From: an uncultured bacterium
GTDB taxonomy: Bacteria; Krumholzibacteriota; Krumholzibacteriia; JACNKJ01
Direction: 5' to 3'
Assembly: GCA_963695095.1 (NCBI GenBank)
Contig: CAVOFT010000001.1
Location: forward strand, 736,001-800,000
Length of the DNA stretch: 64,000 bases
Numbering within the stretch: position 1 is the first letter of the stretch; each line of letters starts with the position of its first letter. The position numbers and the translations under genes were made by a program. The notes below the pieces were generated by a model. That model saw only the letters and a program-made list of their open reading frames with translations, did no database searches and had not been told where the DNA came from. Positions 56,895 to 64,000 of this stretch are shown one piece after another.

Positions 56895-57986
56895 CTAGAA
56901 GTGCTGCACGCGGTAGCGTCGAGACAGGGCGGGATCGAGGGTGAAGGCGCCGGCGAGGGTCTCCTCCACCCAGATGAGGTCGGGTCCTGCCGCGTCGGGG
57001 CGGCGTTCGACGAGGATGACGTCCATGTCCAGGCGCGCCCGGGCGAGCCGGCGCGCCGCCGTCGGGCCGAGCACGGTGAGGGCCGTCGCCCAGGCATCGG
57101 CGAGCGTGGCGCTGTCCATGACGACGGTCACCGAGGCCAGGGAATCCACGGGCCAGCCGCTGCGGGGGTCGAGGATGTGCCCGTAGCGCCTGCCCCCGGC
57201 GGCGACGAACTGCTCGTAGTCGCCGCTGGTGGCCACGGCGGCACGCGGCAGGGTGAGTGTGCCGAGGGTATGCTCGCGGTCGGCCGGATCGCGCAGGCCG
57301 AGCCGCCAGGCGGCGCGCCCGGGCGGCGCGCCGAGGAGGGCGATGTTGCCGGACAGGTCGACGAGCGCGTCCTGCACGCCCAGCGCGACCAGCGAGTCGC
57401 GAGCGCAGTCGACGGCATGGCCCTTGGCAATGCCGCCGAGATCCAGGCGCAGGCCGGGGCGCAGGGCGCTGAGCCGGTCGGCGGCGGGCGGACAGCGCAG
57501 CTTGCGGAAACCGATGTCGGGCAACAGCGCGGCGATGGCCGCGGAGTCCGGCAGCTGCCTGGCGCCGCCGAGGAAGCCCCAGAGGCGGACCAGCGGCTCC
57601 ACGGTGGGATCGAAGGCGCCCGCGCTCTCCGCCGCGACCTGCAGGGCTGCAGCGAGGACGCGCGCGGTCTCCGGCTCAGGCGCGAGCGGCGCGCCGTCCA
57701 CCGTGCCGTCGAGGGCGGCGTTGATGCGCGCCACTTCGCTGGTGCCGGTCCAGTTGCTCATCAGCGAGTCCACGCGGGTGAAGCCGGCCAGGACGCGGGT
57801 GGCCAGAGGCGCGAGCGCGAGGGAATCCGCACCGACGAGCGTCAGCGTGACCGTCGTGCCCATGGTGCGCGTGGTGAAGCGAATCGGCCGGACGGCGGGC
57901 GCGGCAAGGCTTCCGTCCGGCAGCGCCGCCGCGGCGACGAGGAAGACGATCATGAAGGCGATGGGCAGGCGGCGTCGCGGCGACAT
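56895..57986 (-). CDS. apbE: FAD:protein FMN transferase
   Basis: TMGT, SEVARIN, GAFDPTVEPL..LWG, LDLGGIAKG, ATSGDYE, HILDPRSG, ADAWATA. Confidence 0.93.
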   Translation of the reverse strand: MSPRRRLPIAFMIVFLVAAAALPDGSLAAPAVRPIRFTTRTMGTTVTLTLVGADSLALAPLATRVLAGFTRVDSLMSNWTGTSEVARINAALDGTVDGAPLAPEPETARVLAAALQVAAESAGAFDPTVEPLVRLWGFLGGARQLPDSAAIAALLPDIGFRKLRCPPAADRLSALRPGLRLDLGGIAKGHAVDCARDSLVALGVQDALVDLSGNIALLGAPPGRAAWRLGLRDPADREHTLGTLTLPRAAVATSGDYEQFVAAGGRRYGHILDPRSGWPVDSLASVTVVMDSATLADAWATALTVLGPTAARRLARARLDMDVILVERRPDAAGPDLIWVEETLAGAFTLDPALSRRYRVQHF

Positions 57987-58186
57987 GCCGGCAGTCTAGG
58001 GGCCGGGCGCTCCGCGCGCAAGCGACCCGGGCGTCCCGACGGCAGTCGATCGCGGCGTTCCCGGGCGGGGGCGCCGCCTTTTCATGTCCGGCTTCGGCAA
58101 TGGGGAGGGCTGGCAATGGCGCCTGCACAGCCGCTATACTGCGCCGACCGAACCCGACTGCCGGATTCCAATCGTGGAGGACCCGC

Positions 58187-60616
58187 ATGGCCGACCTGCG
58201 CGCTGCTCGCCGCCTGCCCATCGACAAGCTCCGCTGGACCTGCGATGAGAGCGGCTTCGACTTCGACACCACCAAGAGCGTGCCTGCCCTCAAGGAGATC
58301 GTGGGCCAGCCGCGGGCCATCCAGAGCCTGGAGTTCGGCCTCAAGATCGGCGACCACGGCTACAACATCTACGTGAGCGGGCTCACGGGCGTTGGCCGCG
58401 TGACCTTGATCAAGATGCACCTGGAGGAGCTGGTCAAGTTCGCCCCGCGGCCCGAGGACATCTGCTTCGTCAACAACTTCGAGGAAGCCGATGTGCCGCG
58501 CGTGCTCATCCTGCCGCCGGGCAAGGGCGCCGAGCTGCGCCGGCACGTCAACCAGCTGGTCGAGACCCTGCGCGAGGAGGTGCCGCGGGCCTTCGAGAGC
58601 AAGGAGTACGAGGGGCAGGTCTCGGCCGTGGCCCAGGCCAGCCAGACCCGCCAGCAGGAGCTCCTGAGCGACCTGGAGCGCTTCGCCAGCGACCGCAACT
58701 ACACCATCGAGTTCACGAAGGTGGGCATCACCTTGCAGCCGGTCAAAGACGGCGAAGCACTGGACGCCGAGGGCGTGGCTGCGCTCTCGGCGCCGGAGAA
58801 GGAGGAGCTCGAGCAGCACCGCCAGGCGGTGCAGGAGGAAGTGCAGCGCTTCCTCAAGGCTGCCAAGGAGCTGAACAGGGACACGCGCGAGAAGATCGAC
58901 GACATCAAGAACCGCGTCGGGGTCTTCGTGGTGGGCAGCATCATCGACATCTACAAGGACAAGTACGAAGAGCATCCGGCGGTGATCGCCTACCTGAACG
59001 CTTTCCAGCAGCATGTGGTCGAGCAGCTGGGCGACTTCGGCGACGAGGAGGAGAAGCCGCAGATGCCCTTCATGGGCGGGCGGCCCGAGGCCGACGGCGA
59101 CAAGTTCGCGAAGTACCGGGTCAACTTGGTCGTCGACAACAGTGCCACGACGGGAGCGCCGGTGGTGATCGAGACCAGCCCCAGCTACTACAATCTCTTC
59201 GGCCGCATCGAGCGGAAGAGCTACATGGGCGCGCTGGTCACCAACTTCCAGCTCATCAAGGCGGGCAGCATCCTCAAGGCGCGGGGAGGCTATCTGGTGG
59301 TCAATGCCCTGGACGTGCTCACCAGCCCGGGCGTCTGGGAGGGCCTGAAGAAAGTGGTCAAGTACAACCAGGTGCGCATCGAGGATCTGGGCGAGCAGTA
59401 CAGCCTGGTGCCCCTGGCGGGCATGAAGCCCGAGCCCATTCCGACCAGGCTCAAGATCATCATGATCGGCTCGGCCCGCATCTATCGCCTGCTGCAGTCA
59501 CTCGACGAGGACTTCCGCAAGATCTTCAAGGTGAAGGTGGACTTCGACACGCGCATGCCGATGGAGCAGGCACGCCAGGAGTACCCGGCCTTCATCAGCA
59601 CGCGCGTGCGCGAGGAAGGCCTGCTGCACTTCGATCGCGGCGGTGTGGCCGCCGTCATCGAGGATGCCGCCCGCCAGGTGGACGACCGCGCCTACGCCTC
59701 CACACGCTTCGCCGATGCCGCCGACCTCGTCCGCGAGGCCAGCTTCTTCGCCCACGAGGCGGGGGCGAAGCTCGTCACCCGCGCGCACGTCGAGCGGGCC
59801 ATTCTCGAGAAGCGGCAGCGCTCGAACCTGATCGAGGAGCGCATCCAGCAGCTCTTCGCCGAAGGCACCCTGCTCGTGGATGTGGCCGGCGAGCGCGTCG
59901 GCCAGATCAACGGCCTGGCCGTGCTCGACCTCGGCGACATCCGCTTCGGCAAGCCCAGTCGCATCACCGCGAAGACCTGGATGGGGCGAGCCGGCGTCAT
60001 CGACATCGAGCGCGAAGCCAAGCTGGCGGGGCAGATCTATCAGAAGGGCGTGCTCATTCTATCCGGCTACTTCGGCGCCACCTATGCCCAGCGCCGTCCG
60101 CTGGCGCTTTCGGCGAGCCTGGCCTTCGAGCAGAGCTACGAGGGCGTCGACGGCGACAGCGCTTCGAGCACCGAGCTCTACGCGCTGCTCAGCAGCCTGT
60201 CCGGCCTGCCGCTGCGCCAGGGCATCGCGGTGACGGGCAGCGTCAACCAGCACGGGGAGGTGCAGCCCATCGGCGGCGCGAACGAGAAGATCGAGGGCTA
60301 TTTCGCCGTCTGCAAGCTGAAGGGCCTCACCGGCGAGCAGGGCGTGATGATCCCCGCCAGCAACGAGCGGCACCTGATGCTGACTGCCGAGCTGCGCGAG
60401 GCGGTGGCTGCAGGGCGCTTCCACATCTGGAGCGTGGAAAGCATCGACCAGGGCCTGGAGATCCTCACCGGCCGGCCGGCGGGCGCACCCGACGCTGAGG
60501 GTATCTACCCCGAGGGCAGCGTGCACCGCGCCGTGCAGGATCGCCTCACCGCCTTCGCCGACGGCCTCAAGGGCGAGAAGGGTGCGGACGAGAAGCCGGC
60601 GGGCAAGGAGGACTGA
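58187..60616 (+). CDS. Lon-like protease (LonC/AAA_32 type)
   Basis: IVGQPRA, NLFGRIE, VGQINGL, FEQSYEGVDGDSAS, TGSVNQHG..QPIGG.NEKIEG. Confidence 0.9.
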   Translation: MADLRAARRLPIDKLRWTCDESGFDFDTTKSVPALKEIVGQPRAIQSLEFGLKIGDHGYNIYVSGLTGVGRVTLIKMHLEELVKFAPRPEDICFVNNFEEADVPRVLILPPGKGAELRRHVNQLVETLREEVPRAFESKEYEGQVSAVAQASQTRQQELLSDLERFASDRNYTIEFTKVGITLQPVKDGEALDAEGVAALSAPEKEELEQHRQAVQEEVQRFLKAAKELNRDTREKIDDIKNRVGVFVVGSIIDIYKDKYEEHPAVIAYLNAFQQHVVEQLGDFGDEEEKPQMPFMGGRPEADGDKFAKYRVNLVVDNSATTGAPVVIETSPSYYNLFGRIERKSYMGALVTNFQLIKAGSILKARGGYLVVNALDVLTSPGVWEGLKKVVKYNQVRIEDLGEQYSLVPLAGMKPEPIPTRLKIIMIGSARIYRLLQSLDEDFRKIFKVKVDFDTRMPMEQARQEYPAFISTRVREEGLLHFDRGGVAAVIEDAARQVDDRAYASTRFADAADLVREASFFAHEAGAKLVTRAHVERAILEKRQRSNLIEERIQQLFAEGTLLVDVAGERVGQINGLAVLDLGDIRFGKPSRITAKTWMGRAGVIDIEREAKLAGQIYQKGVLILSGYFGATYAQRRPLALSASLAFEQSYEGVDGDSASSTELYALLSSLSGLPLRQGIAVTGSVNQHGEVQPIGGANEKIEGYFAVCKLKGLTGEQGVMIPASNERHLMLTAELREAVAAGRFHIWSVESIDQGLEILTGRPAGAPDAEGIYPEGSVHRAVQDRLTAFADGLKGEKGADEKPAGKED

Positions 60617-60672
60617 GACCGGCCGGGTCGACAGGGGCGAGGTGGGCCGCGCTGTTCGGTGCAGCGATGGTC

Positions 60673-60701
60673 TTGACAGAGCGTGGATCATATAGTATAA
60701 T
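60673..60701 (+). promoter_or_regulatory. Perfect-consensus sigma70 promoter
   Basis: TTGACA-N17-TATAAT. Confidence 0.8.
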
Positions 60702-60748
60702 ACATGCCATCCCCGCCTCCCGCGACCTCGTCCCGACGAGGCCTCTCC

Positions 60749-61060
60749 ATGTCCGAGTTCGCGCCCAATCTCCCCGCCGCTGCGGTGGATGCGCGCCTGC
60801 GCGCGGCCGTCGCCGATCCGCGCCACGCCGAGCAGCGCGCCGTGCTCTGGTTCGCCGAGCTGATGCGCCGCCGCCTCTACCGCGACTGCGGTTACGCCAG
60901 CATTCATGCCCGCGCCGCGAAAACCGGGAGCGCCTGCTGGCTGCCTTCGCCGCGCTGGCGGATGCCAGTGTACACGTGTACAAAACGAGGCACCCTGCCA
61001 GGTGGTGATCTACCGCTGCGAGGAGTGCGGCGCTGCGCGGCGGCCTTGCCGCCGCCGGGC
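60749..61060 (+). pseudogene. Internally deleted, frameshifted gene remnant (possibly HNH-endonuclease family)
   Basis: MSEFAPNL..AVLWFAELMRRRLYRDCGYASIHA, then a frame change to CTRVQNEAPCQVVIYRCEECG; homologous to 9100-9240. Confidence 0.55.
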
Positions 61061-61156
61061 CGATTGACGACATTGTCCTCTGGATTTGCGCCCGCAGGGG
61101 TGGTCCCCGCGGCGGCCGGCAGGGCCACGCGCCCCTGTCATAACTAAGGAGAGCAG

Positions 61157-61654
61157 ATGCCGAGCACCACCGAGAACCTCGCCGAGGCCTTTGCCGGCGA
61201 GAGCCAGGCCAACCAGAAGTACCTCGCCTTCGCCGCCCAGGCCGAGAAGGACGGCTTCGCCAACGTTGCCAAGCTCTTTCGCACGACGGCCGAGGCCGAG
61301 CGCATCCACGCCGGGGGCCATCTGCAGGCTCTGGCGAAGGTGAGCGATACGGCGGCCAATCTGCAGGCCGCCATCGCCGGCGAGACCTACGAATCCACCG
61401 AGATGTACCCGCCGATGCTCGAGCAGGCTGAAGAGGAAGGCCACGGCGCGCGGCGCATGTTCGGCTTCGCGGTCGAGGCGGAGGCCGTGCACGCCAAGCT
61501 CTACCGGCTCGCACTGGCGGCGGTGAAAAGTGGCAAGGACCTGGCCGAGACCGCCTTCCACCTCTGCCCGATCTGCGGCCACATCGAACTCGGCGCGCCA
61601 CCCGAGCGCTGCCCGATCTGCAAGGCGCCGGCGGCGCGCTTCGTGCAGCTCTAG
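61157..61654 (+). CDS. rbr: Rubrerythrin
   Basis: AFAGESQAN, AEAERIHA, GETYE, EAVH, CPICGH..CPIC; AAGGAG RBS. Confidence 0.92.
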   Translation: MPSTTENLAEAFAGESQANQKYLAFAAQAEKDGFANVAKLFRTTAEAERIHAGGHLQALAKVSDTAANLQAAIAGETYESTEMYPPMLEQAEEEGHGARRMFGFAVEAEAVHAKLYRLALAAVKSGKDLAETAFHLCPICGHIELGAPPERCPICKAPAARFVQL

Positions 61655-62775
61655 CCGCGGGGCCGCTGGACCTGGCGCTCCGGCAGGAGGCGCCGGTAAA
61701 CAGCCAGGGTGCTCTCGGCCACGCGGTCCCAGGAGTAGTTGCCCACCGCATGCGCGTAGGCGCGCTCGCCGCCTGCGCGCACGGCAGGCGCATCGGCCAG
61801 CAGCGCCGCGAGCTGCCTGCGCAGGTCGGCCACATCGCGCGAGCGGAAGCTGAAGCCCACGCCTTCCACCAGCTCGAGGTTCTCGGGAATGTCGCTGGAG
61901 AGCACGCAGCGGCCGAAGCTCATCGCCTCGAGCAGGGCGATCGAGAGGCCCTCGATCTCGCTGGGCTGCACGTAGAGGTAGGCGTTGCTGAAGAGCTCCT
62001 CGAGCAAGCTGCCGCCCACGAAGCCCGTGAAGACGATGCGCGCATCTCCCGCCGCCAGGGCCTTCAGCTCGGCCACGTAGCGGTCCTCGTGCAGGCCCTC
62101 GCCCGCGATCACCAGGCGCTTGTCGGTGTCCAGCTCGCGGAAGGCGCGGATGAGGTGATGGGCGCCCTTCTCCGGCGTCAGCCGGGCGATGAAGAAGAGG
62201 TAGTCGCCCTCGCCCAGGCCCCAGCGCTCGCGGATCTGATCCGGCGCCCGCCGCTCCGGGGCCTGGATGCCGTTGGGGATCGCGTCCACGCGCCGGCCGA
62301 ACTTGCGCAGGTAGTAGTCCTGCAGCACCTGGCTGACGACGATGGTCGCGTTGGGGAAGCGCACGCTGAAGCCCTCGCAGGCCTGCAGGTAGCGCCGCGC
62401 GAGGCGGCCCCACTTCGCGCGCTGCCAGTCCAGGCCGTGCACGGTCACCACCGTCTTGTGTCCGACCAGGCGCGGCAGCCAGGCGAAGATGCTCGGCCCC
62501 AGCGCGTGGAAGTGCACGATGCCGCGCGGACGGCCGAGCACGTCCAGGGTGGAGAGGAAGGCGTAGAGAATCGTGTCGAAGTGCTTGGTGCGCAGGGTGG
62601 GCAGCCGGCGGATGCGCACGCCCTTGTACTCGCGCATGGGCGCCACGTAGTAGCTGCGCCCGTAGACCGTGATCGCCGCCCGCCCGGTCAGCCGCGTGGC
62701 GATTTCCTCGATATGCCGCTCGATGCCGCCCTGCGTCGTGGGTATGCCGCGCGTGCCGATGTGGTATACCTTCAT
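61651..62775 (-). CDS. GT4 family glycosyltransferase
   Basis: IGTRGIP..GGIE, TVHGLDW, PSEIEGLSIALLEAMS, SDIPEN. Confidence 0.9.
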   Translation of the reverse strand: MKVYHIGTRGIPTTQGGIERHIEEIATRLTGRAAITVYGRSYYVAPMREYKGVRIRRLPTLRTKHFDTILYAFLSTLDVLGRPRGIVHFHALGPSIFAWLPRLVGHKTVVTVHGLDWQRAKWGRLARRYLQACEGFSVRFPNATIVVSQVLQDYYLRKFGRRVDAIPNGIQAPERRAPDQIRERWGLGEGDYLFFIARLTPEKGAHHLIRAFRELDTDKRLVIAGEGLHEDRYVAELKALAAGDARIVFTGFVGGSLLEELFSNAYLYVQPSEIEGLSIALLEAMSFGRCVLSSDIPENLELVEGVGFSFRSRDVADLRRQLAALLADAPAVRAGGERAYAHAVGNYSWDRVAESTLAVYRRLLPERQVQRPRG

Positions 62776-62900
62776 GGGCAGGGGCGCCTCTGGACGCGGG
62801 CCGCTCGCGGAATGCGGGAGACCTCTCATCCTAGGCAGGGCCCCGGACACTGTCAACCTCGGCTCCGCCGCGGGCGGGCCGCTCCCTGCGGAGTGCAAGG

Positions 62901-64000
62901 GTGAGGGAACTGGTCGTCGGCATCGCGGGATCGGGCAAGACCCGCCACTGCCTCGAGCGCAGCCGGGCTGCCCTCGCGGCCGGTCGCCCCGTGCTCTACC
63001 TGGTGCCCAATGCCGATGAGGCCGCGCTCGTGCGCCGCCGCCTGCTCGAGGCCGCGGGTGGGGGCGCCGCTTTCTTGCCGGGCATCCTCACCTGTCGCCT
63101 GCTGGCGCGCCGCATCTTGGACGGCGCGCTGCCCGGCTGGTCCGAGCGCGATCCGCTGGCCCGCCGGCTCGCGCTGCGCGCTCTGCTCGAGCGCTGGCAG
63201 GGCCGGCTGGGTCCGCCGCGCTTCGAGCGCAGCGCCCAGACGCCGGGCTTCCTCGCGGCCCTCGACGACTTGCTAGCGGAACTCGCCATGGCGGACTTGC
63301 CGCCGGCCGCCCTGGCCGGACTCGCGGCCGCGGCCGCCACCGCCGAGGATCGCCGCCGCCTGGAGGCCCTGGCCGCGCTCGCGGCGGAGGCCGGTGGCGA
63401 GACCCTCCAGTTCGACCCACCGGCCCTGCTCGCCCGCGCGGGGGCGCTGGCGGCGGCCGATCCCCAGCGCGCACTGGGCGACGCCCTGGCGCGCAGCAGC
63501 CAGCCGGGCGAGGCGCTGCTCGTCCTCGATGGCTTCAGTCACCTCGGCGCCCTCGAACTCGGTCTGCTCGAAGCGCTGCTGCCGGCCGTGGGGGAGGCCT
63601 GCTTCGCGCTCTGCCTCGATCCGGCGGATCTTGCGGTCGGGGCCGGGCCGCGCTCGCCCTTCGAAGGCCTGCACGCCCTGGCGCGCCGCTGCCTCGAGGG
63701 CGGCTGGACCCTGCTGCCGCTGGGCGAGACCCAGCGCGCCGCTTCGCCCTTGCTGCGCGGGCTGGCCGCCCGGCTCTTCCGGCCAGAGGGCGCTCTGCCG
63801 ACGGCCCACGCCGAGGGCGACGTAGGCGCGAACGCTCTGGGGCTGATCGAGGGCAGCACGCCCCGGGACGAGGCCGAGGGCGTCCTGCGCGAGATTCGCC
63901 GCGCGCTGGCAAGCGGCCTGGCGCCCGAGCAGATCGCCGTTCTCCATCGCCAGGAGGCCATGGGCGAGCTGCTGGCCGGCCTGCTCGTCGCCGCCGGCAT
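62901..64000 (+). CDS. addB: AddB/RexB-like helicase-nuclease subunit, N-terminal part (runs off the window)
   Basis: Hand translation from GTG 62901: VVGIAGSGKT, LYLVP, LVLDGFSHL, EAEGVLREI..IAVLHR; absent from the ORF track because it has no stop in the window. Confidence 0.7.
   Translation, partial: MRELVVGIAGSGKTRHCLERSRAALAAGRPVLYLVPNADEAALVRRRLLEAAGGGAAFLPGILTCRLLARRILDGALPGWSERDPLARRLALRALLERWQGRLGPPRFERSAQTPGFLAALDDLLAELAMADLPPAALAGLAAAAATAEDRRRLEALAALAAEAGGETLQFDPPALLARAGALAAADPQRALGDALARSSQPGEALLVLDGFSHLGALELGLLEALLPAVGEACFALCLDPADLAVGAGPRSPFEGLHALARRCLEGGWTLLPLGETQRAASPLLRGLAARLFRPEGALPTAHAEGDVGANALGLIEGSTPRDEAEGVLREIRRALASGLAPEQIAVLHRQEAMGELLAGLLVAAG

Overview
GC-rich bacterial chromosome segment. 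Many FlgD-Ig/T9SS-type C-terminal sorting domains, a PorV-like barrel and '...S-x-I-K/R-x-L-Y' C-termini suggest a non-Bacteroidota FCB-group organism such as Krumholzibacteriota, Latescibacterota or Eisenbacteria (inference). Housekeeping genes include acyl-CoA dehydrogenase, an NFACT/RqcH-like protein, DUF4912 plus GH57 branching enzyme, yicC-gmk-rpoZ-coaBC, UDG-dnaB, a LonC-like protease, rubrerythrin, a GT4 and a partial addB. The standout is a ~19 kb minus-strand operon (37894-56639) behind a sigma54-type -24/-12 promoter, with apbE upstream. It joins an extracytoplasmic redox/flavinylation module (CX4CH cytochrome lipoprotein, HZS-alpha-like di-haem lipoprotein, TlpA, DUF4266, DUF3570 with a flavinylation-like motif) and several outer-membrane barrels to an Agl/Glt-like proton-motor core (giant TPR protein, TPR lipoprotein, GltF-like, ExbB, two ExbD, TonB-like). 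Other signals: an unannotated 48-aa secreted microprotein behind a ~170-nt structured RNA candidate, a covarying hairpin repeat pair flanking a secreted beta-helix gene, CACGTG-centred perfect palindromes and two related gene remnants, a predicted catalytically dead subtilase next to an intact-motif paralogue, and an orphan sorting-tail fragment. Several ORFs carry frameshifts that look like long-read indel errors. All family calls come from motif recognition, not from database searches.
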